The notes under the pieces: generated by a model
What the model saw: only the letters and a program-made list of their open reading frames with translations
Told to the model about the DNA's origin: nothing
Databases searched by the model: none
Shown: one piece after another, positions 16,162 to 39,397 of the stretch
How positions within the stretch are numbered: the first letter of the stretch is position 1
Layout: each line of letters opens with the position of its first letter
Assembly: GCF_009914755.1 (NCBI RefSeq)
Contig: NC_060943.1
Length of the DNA stretch: 64,000 bases
From: the human T2T-CHM13v2.0 reference genome, Homo sapiens
Reading direction: 5' to 3' (one strand)
Position numbers and translations under genes: made by a program

Positions 16162-18739
16162 CCGTTTTTGCTTTTTTTTTTTTTTTATTTTAGTAATCCA
16201 TCATACATAGTGATGTGCACTTCTCTGAAGTAGGGCATAGTATCTGGTTGTTTTCCTTTATGTGATGTTAACAGCCAGCTACTGACATCTTTATGTGAAT
16301 ATGTTATTTTATCAGTGGTTACAGAATTATATTCTAATTCTTCTGCATTTATTAGCTGGACTATATCTATAAAGGGAGCCATCCTTTCTCAATGTCTTGG
16401 TTACCTGAAGAATAGTTTATGCAAAAAGAAAAACTGGAATGAAAGATTGGTTTTTCTCTTATTATTTTTCAGCATCTTTCAAAGCTTATTCTGTGTTTTT
16501 CTTTTAAACTATTATTATTAACTTGTGTATTAAAACATATCTGTTATGTTTCGATCTGTGACAATAACTGTTCTTATTAATGCTCACATTGTTCCATGTA
16601 TGGCAAGTGGAAGGTTTACCCTCTCTGATTTGTCTGCTTTTGGATTCCTTTTTATTCTTTTTGACATGACCCCAGTAGTCTTTGGCAGATTCCAGACTTT
16701 CCGTGCTGACAGAGTATTCCAGGCTCATTTTGTACAATTTCCTGTCCCAAACATAAAATCAGCCACTTCTTTATGGAGCCCTGGTTCCTTTTATAAGAAG
16801 TGCTTTTAAGAAGTCACAACAAGGATAGTAGGAACTCTCATTGCTCCTAGTTGTCATTGCTTATAGCCTTAACAGAGCTGGTGAAATACAAATTTTTTAG
16901 AAGGAGAAAAAAAATCCTGAGTGTATACTGATATTTCCAATTGAAATAAAAGATTATAGAGTTTTTCTTACTATCTTTGATTTTATATTTGTGTTTTATA
17001 ATCTGAAAAAATCTTAATTCGTAATGATTAATGATATTAAGATTCTCACTGATATATGTGTGTGTATAATCATTTCAGGTTATATACATATATTACTTTT
17101 AGACTAACAATGCCAATATTATTAATAACAGTATAACTACTGAAAAACTCTAAGACATAACTTCATAAAGTTATAAACTCTTAAGACAACTTTGAAAAAC
17201 AGTTTATAGTTATTTTGTTTGTAGGTTATATTGGGTCTAATGTCAAATGACTGTATTTTAAAGTTCCCGAAAATAATCACTTCCTTTATATGTTTAACCT
17301 TCCAGCTTTATGCACAGATAAGTTTGTTTCATTTTGCTTTTATTTCTTAGAGATTTTTTTTCATTTTGATTTAATTTTGTGATTATAGTTATAGAAAACA
17401 TACTTGTGGTTCCAAAGTCAAATAGATTTGATTGGTAATACTTTATAACTTTGTTGTATGTCTGTCTTCCTAGAAGCTATTGAGCTGTAACTTTTTTCAT
17501 GTAATATCTTTGTGAGGTTTTAGTATTATGGTTATTTGGCCTCAAAATGTAGAACAGACTGCTGTCTCCTTTTTCTGTTTTCTGAAAACGTTTGTGAAAG
17601 AACAGTATTATATCTGCCTTAAATATTGGTAGAATTTACCAGTAAAGCCATCTGGGCCTTCTCTGTGGACAGTTTATTTGTTTGTTTCTCACATTCAATT
17701 TCTTTAATATCCATGGGATGATTTGTATTTCTGTTTTTTCTTGTGTGAATTTTGGCAATTTTTGTTTTAAGGAATTTGTCTATATTGTTGAAATTGCCAA
17801 AATTATTGGCATAGAATTGTATTATCTTTTTAATTAAAGCCTTAAAAAATCTGTGGTCCAGTCTCCACTTTGGTAATATTTTTTTTTGAAAACTTGATAG
17901 GGGTTTGTAAACTGTATTAATCTTTTGAAAGAATTGATTTTTGAGTTTGTTGATATTCTCTATTGTAATCTACTTTATATTGTGGATTTTGTGCTTATTT
18001 TTATTCTTTCTTTTCTTCTTACTTTCAGCTTCACTTGCTCTTCTTTTTCCAGCTTCCTAAGGTGGGAGCCTAAATCATTTTTCTAACATAAGCATTTAAC
18101 ACTATTAATTTTCCTCTAAATACTGCTTTTGTTGCAGCTCACAGAATCTGATAAGTGTGTTTCCATTGTCACTCAGTTCGGCATATTTTTCAATGTCTTT
18201 TTGCATGGGTTATTTAGAAGTATGTTTAATTTCCAAATATTTGGAGATTCTTGTTACTAGTTTGTAATTTAATAATATGTGGACACTGACCACAGTATAT
18301 TCTCTGTATAATTCAGTTTTTAAAATATTTACTGTTACTTGTTTTATGACCCAGCATCTGGTTTATTTTGATGACCTTTCCATACGCAGTTGTTAATGAA
18401 GAGTCTGACTCTTGCTAAAATCCTATGTGTGGGTTCTCAGGCTCCACCAGGTCATTCCTGGCAGGCCACACAGGGGAAAGGTGGCCTCCTCGCAGCAGAC
18501 TTGGTGCACTTCTAGTGCATTACAGTCTCTAAAGGGAGTTGCAGTGCAGGACTCAGGCCTCCCAGACCAGCCATGCTGTTATGCGTGTTTACATTCCTAA
18601 CCCAGGCACCTCCATTAGGAGGCCTCTTTATCAGGTGCCTCTGCCAAGAGGACATCCTAATCTAGGGGAGAGGGGAAACTTTGAAGACACTTTCTTTCCC
18701 CACTCTTAGTATCCGGTAGTTTTAATTTTTTTCTTTATT

Positions 18740-18937
18740 TCTTTTTTCTTTCTTCTCTTTTCTTTTTTTTTAACATATTTTTGGAGACAGGATATTGCTC
18801 TGTCACCCAGACTGGAGTGTAGTGGCATGATCATAGCTCATTGCAGCCTTGAACTCCTGGACAGTTCAAGCAATCCTCCTGCCTCAGCCTCCCAAGTAGC
18901 TAGGACTACAGGTTTGCATCACAATGCCTGGCTGATG

Positions 18938-18974
<37 letters not shown>

Positions 18975-19099
18975 TTGTAGAGACAGATTCTTGCTATGTT
19001 GCCCAGGCTGGTCTCAAACTTCTGGCCTCAAGTAATCTTCCTGCCTCGGCCTCCCCAAGTGCTGGGGTTGCTTACAGGCATGAGCCACCGTGCCCAGCC
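18740..19099 (-). mobile_element. Alu (AluJ) with (TAT)n middle tract
   Basis: AluJ diagnostics (ATCATAGCTCATTGCAGCC), expanded linker. Confidence 0.88.
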
Positions 19100-19995
19100 A
19101 GGCCTCACTACTTTTTCACTCTTAGCCCTTCCCTTGTCTTCTTGTCCCCTGGTCCCAGTCCATAAAATGAATGATAGGAGCTTTTTGTTCTGCATTCCCT
19201 TAGCAGTGAGATGACTCACTTCTGCACTGATCCACATTTGCACTGATCTGCCTGACCCTCTCTGACCCTCTCCAGGTGCTATTTCATGGTTGGGGTTGGG
19301 GGAGTGAAACAGTGGAGTACTCAGCGCTTTCTCTGGGTTAGCCTCTTAAATTAAGTGACTACTAAGTGATTAAAGGCTGGTTGTGTTAATCACTTATTCC
19401 AACACCTTGCAGCTCAGTTCTCTTCAGCCCAGCTTGGCTTTTGGTAAGTGGGTGTGGTATTCTATTAATATATATTTATCATCTTGGCCAAGGTACTTGA
19501 TATAGTGGTATGTAAATCCTCTATATTGTTATCGATTTTATTGTCTACTTGTTCTGTCAGTTACTGAGCAAAAGATTTTACAATTCCCAACTCTGTGGGT
19601 TTGTCTCTTTCTTCCTTTAGTACTGTCAATTTTTGCTTCACACATTTTGAAGCTTTGTTGTTAAATCTCTACATTTGGATTGCTGTCTTCTTGATGAGTT
19701 GATCCTCCTTATTGCTAGTATTTCTCTTTATCTTGAAGTCTATTTTGTCTTATACTAATATAGGCATACAAGCTTTCTTGTGATTAGAGTTTGATGGTGT
19801 ATCTTCCCATTTTACTTTTAGCCCATCTTTATATTTAAAATGTGCTTCTTGTAAAGAGCATGTAGTTGGAACATGCATTTTTATCTTGTCTTGTTACCAT
19901 TTTTTTATTGGAATGGTTGAACTATTATTAATACAATTTAGTTTAAGCTCTGCCATAGATGGGAGCATCCATATGTGGCTCTTAAGAAGAGCTTA

Positions 19996-20325
<330 letters not shown>

Positions 20326-20584
20326 ATTAAGAGCTTGGCACTTTTTTGGAGTTTAGGTCTTTTAAATTTGTGCCCTCAGCTCTCTGATGAATTTAAAAGA
20401 AATTATGACTTTTCATCTTATCTGAATTATTTTTAGGTTGTTAGGATGGGCCCAAGTATCTCTTGCAGAAATCTATATGTTGAAGAAGTCAAATTTTCAG
20501 TTAAAAATGTATTGAGCACCTGTATCAATGATTCTCTGCAGGGGCAGTTATTCTCCCTAGAGGGTGTTTTGGAAATATATCTAG

Positions 20585-20931
<347 letters not shown>

Positions 20932-20971
20932 GATTTCTAGCTTTTGAAGGAGTGAGGTCTCGGATCTAGGT

Positions 20972-21175
20972 TAGAGATTACCCAACTTTTTCTGTAAAGG
21001 GCTAGACATTTCATATGGCTTTGCGGGCCACATGGTCTCTGCTGCAACTCTTCAGCTCTGCTGCTGTAGTGTGAAAGTAGCCAAAGGCACTATATAACTG
21101 AATGAGTATGGACGTATTCCAATAAAACCTTATTTACAAAATTAGTTGGTAGACAGTAGTTTGCCAAGTTATGAT
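20972..21175. mobile_element. MER58A-like MITE
   Basis: TTTTTCTGTAAAGGG...GCGGGCCACATGGTCTCTG...CCAATAAAACCTTATTTACAAAA. Confidence 0.65.
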
Positions 21176-22025
21176 TTAGTTGTCCATCAGTGCATAACAA
21201 AAAATTGTCTGTGATTTGCAAAATTGAGAACCATACCTGGAAAAAATGTGTTTATGATTTTCCAGGTCTGGAATCTCTTACATAATGCATTTTGTGCATG
21301 ACTTTTTCAATTTGCTGAATTTATCTACTTTCCTATTATTGGATGGTTTTACTATTAGCTGTATCTTCCAGGAATGCAACCATGATTTGATTGAGAAAAA
21401 GGCTCTACTTCGCTTAAGAAATTTACTGAGTTTTTTTTAACCATTTCAAAAAGTTATAGTATTGATGGCAATGCTAATTGTGTTATTTGTCTTGCCTATA
21501 GCAAATATGTATAGAAACCTCCATTTATAGATAATGCATTTCTATTTATTCTATACATACACATGAACACACATATATTTAGCCTTTATTTCAAAATGTC
21601 AAATATAAAAGGTGTCAACAATACTTAGTTACATATTGTCATTTTATAAGTCTAAATTTCTTCATTATAAGTAATTGTAGGCATAAGCATTTAATTATTT
21701 GTGCCTTCTAATATAGTTGTGTATGATCATAAATATATTGAAATATTAAGTTGTTCATTATCTCCATTTTTGACATCTATAGATGTGTCGTTATTACCTA
21801 TGAGTTTCATTTCAGAAGTAGTAGAGACATTGTTATATTTTCTTTTTGTATATAGAAAGCATTGAGTTTGATCAAGTTAAGAACCACAACATATATCTGT
21901 CCCCCTTAGTGTGTGTTTTGGGGGTGGGAGAAACAGGAAGAAAAGAACAACAAAGATAATTCCAACTGAATCATTTGTTACTTTGCAAAACACCTGGTCT
22001 CATGGTTCTGCTTTCTCCTCCGTAG

Positions 22026-22114
22026 CTCTGCATTCTCCAGACTCTGTGCTTTCCTAAGATAGGAACCCAGAAGAGGACTGATCATTTCTTGCAGCTCTAA
22101 AAACCATGGCTCGG
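22026..22114 (+). CDS. ZNF420: ZNF420 start exon (UTR 22026-22105; coding ATG GCT CGG = MAR at 22106-22114)
   Basis: Acceptor CTTTCTCCTCCGTAG|, Kozak ACCATGG, phase-0 donor CGG|GTAAAT; 9 coding nt as is typical of KRAB-ZNF genes. Confidence 0.88.
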
Positions 22115-23208
22115 GTAAATTGGAGTTTCCTTGTGCTCTTTTCACTTACTTTTTTACAGAGCATGTGTGTGTTTGTATTCCTTACTCCTGAAACTTCATT
22201 CCTAACTGACCTCACTCAGGAATGTGCTCCTCAGTTTGTCCCATTCTGATAAGTGATAGTGTCTTCCCTAAGTGTGTCTTTCGAATCTAACCTTTAGTCA
22301 CATACTTACTCAACAATATGTATATTGTTCAGTAATCTTTGACTAGGAACACTGATCTAACAAAAGTAGAGTTCCCTGATTTCATAAGGTAGAGGAGGAT
22401 GTTAAATGGCACCACACATGAAAACCTTTTGAACTTCTCTTTAGATCTAAGTTCCCAGGTAGACAAGACAGGAGTTGGTCTTGACTGGGCTCACTCTCAA
22501 TATGTGGCAAGCGCTCATGCTTTATGAGTTTTTAAGATTAGGAAGATGATTAGGGACTGAATACAGAGAGATCAGGGATCTTCCCCAGGAACATATAATT
22601 TAATATGGATCAATTTGAAATTCGACATTATGTGCTGGTCTTGAATGTATAAATTTGGATTATGTTTTTCACCTTTCTATTGTTTAGAATGATGAAAAGT
22701 TACATTTACGGATGAATGGTAAATATGATCATAGTGAAGATGATCATTCACCAGCAGAAGTTGTTGAGAATTATAAACTCTGAGAACCAAGAAATACTTA
22801 CAAGATTTTTACAACCTAAAATGTTCAAATATGAGCACTTATTAAGTCAGACATATTCATTATATGGAGCTATTCTGTAGCCTATAAAATATTTACTAAA
22901 TTATTGATGACAAGGAAAATGTTTATGATATAGTACTCTGATCTAATGGTGAATCTGGAGCTTCAATAAATTCTTTAATTTTATACAAATCTTATTTTAT
23001 AAGGTTTTACAGAAAAATTTTACCATTTTGTTTATTCCTTAAATAATGAAGAGAGAAACTTACATTTATTGAGAATGTATGATACACAATATACATATTG
23101 TATAAAATGCTTGTGTATGCTACTTCTTTTAATTGGGACATTGCATTTATTTTATTCCCAGACTTATCTGTAAAGTAAGATGTTCTGTATGCAGAAAATA
23201 TGTGTAGC

Positions 23209-23498
23209 AGGCCAGGTGCAGTGGCTCACACCTATAATCCCAGCACTTTGGGAGGCCTAAGCCTTAAGGCCAGGAATTCAAGACTAGCCTGGGCAACATA
23301 ACAAGACCCCTGTCTCTACAAAAAAATTGGAAAATTATCAGGGCACAGTGGCATGTACTGTGGTCTCAACTACTCAGGAGAATGAGACAGGATCACTTAA
23401 GCCTAGGAGTTGGAGGCTGCAGTGAGCTATGATGGTGCCACTGCACTCCAGCCTGGATGACAGAGCAAGACCCTGTCTCCAAAACAACAACAACAAAA
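23209..23498 (+). mobile_element. Alu (AluJ)
   Basis: Dimeric Alu with (CAA)n tail. Confidence 0.88.
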
Positions 23499-23610
23499 CT
23501 ATAGCAATAGGAATAATCAGGAACATATTTGTACTTTTCAGCCCATGTGCTCTGTTGCTTCCTTTGTGGAGGGATCTTCATCTCCCTCTCCACTGAAAAA
23601 GTATTTTTTT

Positions 23611-24175
<565 letters not shown>

Positions 24176-24598
24176 TAATTAACTGAATTTCTTATTCTTT
24201 TCAAAGGAGGAGTTTGAAATTACTGGAAGTAGACATGGTTTCTCAGGGCACCTTTATCTTTTCCATCCTTCAAAAAGCCTTACCACTGCCTTCTAATACC
24301 ATCTTCCCTGATGAACAAAGGGCTAGATTTGAAGTTTGGGATACTTGGAATATTGGCAGATAAAACAGCCTATACATTGTTACACTTTAGATCTGCTAAA
24401 GGAGCTCTAAATAATTCACACGCCCAGTCACAGATTTAAAAAATAGATGCAGAGATGTATGTTTTTTCTGATAAAAGAGTTTACATCATTTGTATAGTGA
24501 TAGAGTAGATCAATGCATTTCACCAACAACTCAAATGAACACAACCCATTAATTAGAACAAACACATTGTCTTATATGTGCTTGGTAGTTGAATATTA

Positions 24599-24919
<321 letters not shown>

Positions 24920-25346
24920 GAACTTGCATTGGACATTGAATGAATATGCTAGAATCATCTTTTATTGTAAAATAGTTGAGGGGGAACCTGTGATTGTCTA
25001 AGAAACTTTATTGTTTTCTTCTGTAGTATTTTTATATGAAACAAAATCCGTATCAATTACAACTTTAATAAGTGATTTTCCAACCTAGATGATAACTTTA
25101 TTCCTTGTGCTGCAATAAACTGTCTCTTGCCTCTTCCTTCCTTTCTCCTCTGAAGCCTTTAGGAAGTCAGTGATTAACACATGTCCCTAGAGGACCCAAG
25201 TGGTGTGGAAAAAAACCTATGACTTGAGGAGAAAAGCAAGGGTTTTTCACCATGATCTTCCTAAAGACTCTTACCTAATTTCTACTGCGTCCTTTCCCTG
25301 TTGGTTTTTATTATCATTCTTCCCACTTTCAAAAGAGGGAATGGTT

Positions 25347-25733
<387 letters not shown>

Positions 25734-25961
25734 TCACATGCTATAAATTGGCAGCTTGACAGTACCAGGCATTCTCAAGATTTGAAGGCAGAAGTGCACT
25801 ATATCTTGATATTCACAATAGCCAAAAAGTGGGAACAACCCAAATGTCCATCAACTAATGAATGGATAAAATTTGGTATTTTCTTAAAACGAAATATTAT
25901 TCAGCAATAAAAAGGAATGAAGTTCTGATACATGCTTTAACATGGATGAACCTTGGAAACA

Positions 25962-26658
<697 letters not shown>

Positions 26659-26959
26659 CATGCCAAGTGAAAGAAGCCAAATACAAACACTGCATATTAT
26701 ATGATTGCATTTATATGAAATGTCCTCAATAGGGAAATCTATACTGACAGAAAGTAGGTTACTGGTTACCCAGCACTGGGGATGGGGAAGAGGTAGAACA
26801 GATGGAGAATGGGGAGTGGGGAGATGAGAAGTGACTGCTAATGAACACAGACAGCATTTCTCTTGGGGGTGAAAAAATGTTTAAAAATTAGATTGTTGTG
26901 ATTGTTGCACATCTCAGTGGGTATACTAAAAGCCACTGAATTGTGCAGAAATAATATGG

Positions 26960-27136
26960 AAATGGTTGCCAAACTTGTGTGTACTTTAGAAATAGCTACG
27001 GTCTTTTAAAAAATTCCACAGCCCAGGCCACACCCCAGACCAATTAAATAATAATTTCTAGGCATGGTACATGAGTATCATATTTTTTGAAATTCTCTAG
27101 GTTTTTCAAATGTTTAGCCATGTTTGATAACCACTG
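26960..27136. mobile_element. MER5A-like hAT MITE
   Basis: CCCAGGCCACACCCCAGACCAATTAAAT...GTTTGATAACCACTG. Confidence 0.6.
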
Positions 27137-27823
27137 CACTGTGGTATTATCTGAGAATTTTTTTTAATTGAATGTTCACTCCATTTAATTTATTACCAAT
27201 ATACTTGGATTTATTTATCCCCTATTTTATGCTTTTTGTTTCCTCTTTTTATCTTACGGGCTTAAAAAACTTTCTCCCTCCTTAATGAGGGTGGATACAA
27301 TCGTGTTTTATTTTTTGCAACTCCATTTTCCCCCTTGTTTTGTTTGGAAAACGTACAGTATTTATTTATTTTTAAAAGTTATCTTTAAATTTTTATCATG
27401 TGTACCTAATTCCTTTTAATGTCAATGGTATTTTATAGTTTTTATTGATTGTAATTGTGTCTGAAAATTATATATTTAATGGACATTATATATTTTGATG
27501 GATACTAAAACATATTTATTCAGTCCACATACAATATTTGGTTTGCATATTGCTTTGCAATAAACTTGCTCTATCTCCACCCCTAGGATTTCAAGGCCAG
27601 CAAGTTGAAAAACAGACATATAAATAATAGTATCTACTGTGAAATAAATTGGTAACCTTTGTGGCAATTAGTTGAGGTTCTAAGGAGAGATAAGAAATTG
27701 ACATCTCTATGTCAAATATATATTTTATTGTCACAGAATTCTTATCAGAAGTATACCAGCAATGTATATCTATTATATACTTTATCAACAGTGGCTATTA
27801 GCACGTAGAAATATCTTTGTTAA

Positions 27824-28264
<441 letters not shown>

Positions 28265-28555
28265 TTAATTTAGTGAAGTCTAAAATTCATGTCTAACTTT
28301 CCTTAAGATAATTAAAGGATATTGAAATGCTTTAACTTTGATCTGTTTCTCCAATCTGGTATTGTTGTCTGGTATTTTAGTTCTGTTCTTTTTTTAACCT
28401 ACAAAATGGGCATTATTTTTGTTTCATAATGGCAATGTTTGCTTGTGGATTTGTTGATGTAATTATCTTTTATTTGTATGCTATTCCTCTTTCATTATAC
28501 CTTCCTTCTGGGATATTTTATTTATCATGAAATACATTAGGGAAGGCTTATTGGT

Positions 28556-28959
<404 letters not shown>

Positions 28960-29760
28960 TAACTAGGTATAAAATTCTATACTGACAATTATTTTTTTCT
29001 CAGCACTCTGAAGATATTATTCCACTGTCCTCTGGCTTCTATTGTTGCTCTTGAGAAGTCTGCCATCTGTTTCATTGTTATTCCTTTTGTAAGTAATCTG
29101 TATTTTCTCTGGCTGCTTTTAAGATTTTTTTCTTTAAGATTTAAATGTAATTGATTATATTGTTTCACTTCTAGATGTTTGATGTTCTCCCCCTCTCCCA
29201 GATCTTTTTTTTTTAACTCATCCCTTTCTCATGGTTTTTATCTTATACTTTCATATATTTCCAGCACTTATGTGTCATACAATCCCAATTTCTGGGAAAC
29301 AGGTCTAATTTTGCTGTTTCTTGTATCCATGGGGACTCTTGTGTAATGATGAATTATCCATAGCACTTTTTTTCTCCTTTTCTTTGAGAGTCCAGGCCAA
29401 GACTGAAAAGTCCCTTGTCATTTTCCTTTAAGGTTTGCTGGATTTGTTTTTCTTTCTCTGAACTTTATGTCTTGAATATTTCCAATTTTGTAAAGAGGTT
29501 TGTTTGTAATCCCTGCTCTTTTGTTGAGGAAAGGTCTTGTCTGTTCAGTTTTTTCAGACCATTAATATACAAACATCTAGGTAATTAAAATCAACAAATA
29601 TCCCAAGGGTAACTGTAACTTCAGAGCATATTTACTCCCTCTACTTTCTGGTTCCTACTTCATTGTAGCACCCCTGGATCTTGTTTACTTTCTTTTATGC
29701 TTCACATACTTTTAAAAGGACATCTGTCATATTTTTCCAGTATTTGTTAGTGTTTTTTAA

Positions 29761-30143
<383 letters not shown>

Positions 30144-30945
30144 GTTTCATGGTTTTTTCTTAAAAGATCTTGCACATTTCTTAAGCAATTTCTCAGTACA
30201 TTTTGTTTATAATATGAATAGGAATATTTTGTTCTGTAACATTTTCTAAATGGCTAATACTGATATATATTATATATGAGAAAGTATTGATTTCTATAAA
30301 TTGAAAATCTTATGGAAATATAGTTTTTCAGTGGATTATAGTGGATTTCTAGGTGGACAGTTTTGCTCTCTACATACAATATGTGGTCTCTTCCTTTTCT
30401 GTTTGTACCTTTAAAAAAAGGCAACTAAATTCAGTAGGACCCTGTAGCGGAATTTGAAAACAAATCATTCTTATCTTTTCTCAAACTTTATTGGCAGTGT
30501 TTCTAATGTTTAACTATTAAATGTATTTCTATAGACATCTGGTAGATACTCTTAACTAGGTTTTTACCTAATTCCAGTTTTAGAGAACTTTTAATAAAAG
30601 GTCTTAGAATATATTAAAAATTTTTTTGCATTTCTTGAAATCATGCTATTTTATTCTTTAAGTTCTTTATGTGGGAAAATGGACTCTGATGTTGAATTAT
30701 TCCTGCATTTGTGGGATAAAGTTTATATGATCATGATGTGTTATGCCTTAAATACACAGCTAGATTCTATGTTCCTAATATTTTCTTTTAAAATTTTACC
30801 TTTGTTCACGAGATTGGCTTTGTTTTCCTAAGGTCATTTTTCAATGTTGTTATACTAGTTAATTTAACTTTGTAAAATGACTAGGGTAGATTACGATATT
30901 TTTATATGTTCAACAACAGTTATGTACGATTGGAATTATATATCC

Positions 30946-31223
30946 TTTTTTCTTTTTTTTGAGACAGGGTCTCCCTCTGTCACTTAGGCTGGAGTGCAGT
31001 GGCCTGATCACAGCTCACTGCAGCCTCCACCTCCCTGAGCCCAGGTGATCCTAGTTGAGACTACAGGCATGTGCCACCATGCCTGGCTAATTTTTGTAGT
31101 TTTTGTAGAGATGAGGTTTTGCCACATTGCCCAGACTAGTCTCGAACTCCTGGGCTCAGGCAATCTACCTGCCTTGGCCTCTCAAAGTGCTGGGATTACA
31201 GGTATAAGCCACCACACCCGGCC
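30946..31223 (-). mobile_element. Alu (AluJ)
   Basis: Reverse Alu. Confidence 0.85.
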
Positions 31224-31499
31224 TATATATTCTTTAATGTTTGGATAATATTGCCAGTAAACCTACCAGTCACTGGAATCTATTGCCTTGAATATTAGAT
31301 ATAATAGGTACTATGACCAGCAGATACAAATGATCATCAGTCATAGGTATCTATTGCCTTTTAGGAGCACAGACACTGAGCTCAAATTTAAATTTTTTAT
31401 GTGGTTATTGCTGTATATCAGTTATTATATCTTCATGGGTTATTTTTCATGTTTTTCATCTGTTTCATCCAGTTCTAATTTACTGTTGCGTTAATAGGT

Positions 31500-34070
<2,571 letters not shown>

Positions 34071-34182
34071 AGTCATTAGCACCTTATTTTGTTCATTTGT
34101 TGAGCTCATATTTTCCTGAATGTTCTTGATGTTTATGGACACGTGATGTCTGTGCACTGAGCAATTTATTCAAGAGTTTGCA

Positions 34183-34489
<307 letters not shown>

Positions 34490-34490
<1 letters not shown>

Positions 34491-35790
34491 AGTTCACAGT
34501 CTAGCTTTGTTTGTGCCCATCCTTCTTCCAAAGGCCTTCCAGACATTCTAAGCAGACTATCTATCTGTTGTATTCCCTTGAGCCTGTAACCACTGCATCC
34601 ATCTCAGCATTAAAGGGCATTAAGCCCAGGCTTCCTGCTAGCCTTGCAAGGGCTCCAAGGTTGTTGTGGCTCTCCACCTGGGTGGACCTAGAGAAAACCC
34701 AAGAAGGATACTGGTGCTGTATGGGAGTCCAGACAGGGACCTGAGCCCAGAAGACTGTCCTGGTGGCCCAGATGGGTGTGCCTTCAGCAGGTCCTTGCAC
34801 AGGCAAGATAGGTCTCTAATTACAGTGAGAGGGCTGGAGCTGAGACTGGGCCCCCTCAGGATTTGCTGTCCTACAGGACAGAGGCTGGCAAGCCTATCTT
34901 GTTGGCTTAGACAGGTGTACATCTCCCAGCATGTCTCTGCACAGATGGGGTAGTTCTATGACTGCAACAGGAGGGGCTAGAGCTTAGACTGGGCCCTCTC
35001 GGGATCTGCTGTGGGACAGAGGCTTCCATGCACAGATGGAATAGTTCCCTGACTGCAGTGGGAGGTGCTGGAGCTGAGCCTGGACCCCCTGAGGATGTGC
35101 TATGGGATGGCAGCTGATGAGCCCATCTCAGCCCACATGGGTGTGTCTCCCACCGTGTCTACACAGAGGGGATAGTTCTCCAGTTATTGCAGGAGGGCCC
35201 AAGGCAAAGACTGGGCTTCCTCAAGGTCTGCTGTGGGACAGAGGTTGGTGAGCCCATCGTGAAGACTCCAACTCCCAAACCATGAGATACGGATGAATCT
35301 TACTCTGGATCCTTGTATGAGCGGTTCTGAGCTGGCACCCCCAGCTGAGGAGGCTGGAGCTAAGCCACAGAGCAACTGTGAGGTTCACTACCAGGACTGT
35401 TGTCAGCAGGCATAAGAGACTCTCCACCTAGACACTAGTGTGCATGATTCCTCCTGGACCTTTAGGCAGATGGTTTTGATTGCACGCCCAAGGCCAAATG
35501 GGGCTGTAGCCAAGCCCTCTGGGGAATGGGGCCATTTTCAAGCTTTGAACATGGGATCAGCATGGGAGATCAGCCACCTGCGTGCCAGTCTGCACTCTCA
35601 AAATGACTTTCCTAGGTCTTGGGCTTTACTCAAGTTTTACAACCTCCTACCTGAATTCCAAAGCTTCTGCAAAGAGACTTTTATCTGTGGATGGGTGCAG
35701 AATTCTCGTGAGGGGATATGAGTGGGTTACCTCCTATTTCTGCCATCTTGCTGACGTCACTCCCATAATCTCTCATAAACACTTTTTAAC
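34490..35790 (-). repeat. GC-richer block with degenerate ~90-140-bp internal repeats, probably an old L1M 5' end
   Basis: Motif GGGCTGGAGCTGAGACTGGGCCCCCTCAGGATCTGCTGTGGGACAGAGG recurs at ~34830, 34974, 35064 and 35195; adjoins the minus-strand L1M. Confidence 0.5.
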
Positions 35791-36939
35791 TCCTCAATTT
35801 ATGGTTACCTTTTTCTCTCCAGTGCTTTGGATTTGTGCTAAATCTAATTTTTTTCTACACGTCACTTTTTTTGTATTATTTATGGATATTTTCAAATAAT
35901 TTTGGTATTTTGATTTTGCTAATTATTTCTGCTGTTTCTACGTTTCTAATTTACTCATTTTCTGATTTTTATCTCACTTATATTTTGGTTTTTAGTTATG
36001 CTTTTTGCTCACTTCTTCTTGAGGTGAAATCTTAATTCTCTTAACTATAGTATTTCTTGTTTTTTAATAAATGCACTTAAGACTGTAAATTTCCCTGGGT
36101 ACAATTTTAGCTGATTTCTTGGGATTTCACACAAAGTTTCTTTTGCTATTTGGCTCTAAATTGTTTTAAAATTTTATTTTTATTTCCTTCTATAACAAAC
36201 ATCATATAGAATTGTCTTAGTAACTTAATTCTAGGATTATATGTTTTTTCTATGTTTTTATAATTTTTAGTTTTATGCTAATGTGATAATTAAAAACATT
36301 TTATGTCAGTTTTATCTATCTTCCTATATTACTAATTATGTTATAGTCTTCCTTGTTTTTATTTCTGGTCTGTTTATATTCTATTCTCTACTATGACGGT
36401 GATTAATTTCTCTATATGTCTGCTAGTTTTTGTTTATTTAGGAGCTAAGTTGTTGGTTACATAATGGTCATGACTATTCATCCTCTTGCCTGGCTCTTAG
36501 ATGATGTCCCTGAGCTGATCTCACTGAGAAAACTGAAGCTAGCAGAAGAGAAGAGAGATTCTTGCTTCCTTGTCTGTTTACCTACCTTCATCTATACTAA
36601 TTCAACCTCTTTTCCTATTAACATGTAACCTTTTTGTGCCTTTACTTAAGCCCAGTACCCTCACTTGTATACTGAATTCCATTCCTTCTCATATTTTTAA
36701 GGACACTGTTGAAGCAATTGCCCTTTGTCTCTTCTAACATGAACTTGTCCATATCTTTTACAATAATTTTCATCAGCATACAAACATGCCTTAATTTCTT
36801 CTATCTTAAAAGGAAAAAAAACAAAACCAAATATTTTGACACACATTTTCCTCTTGATATAGCTCCATTTCTTTGCTACTTTTTACAGAAAAATACAAAA
36901 GAATTTTCCATATTCCCTAACTCCAGCTCTTCTCTCATT

Positions 36940-39397
<2,458 letters not shown>

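Noticed and set aside
34800-35300. Four degenerate GC-rich repeats as a novel array
   Set aside because: Irregular spacing and a position at the end of an old minus-strand L1 fit L1M 5'-end internal repeats; not CRISPR-like, and the DNA is eukaryotic
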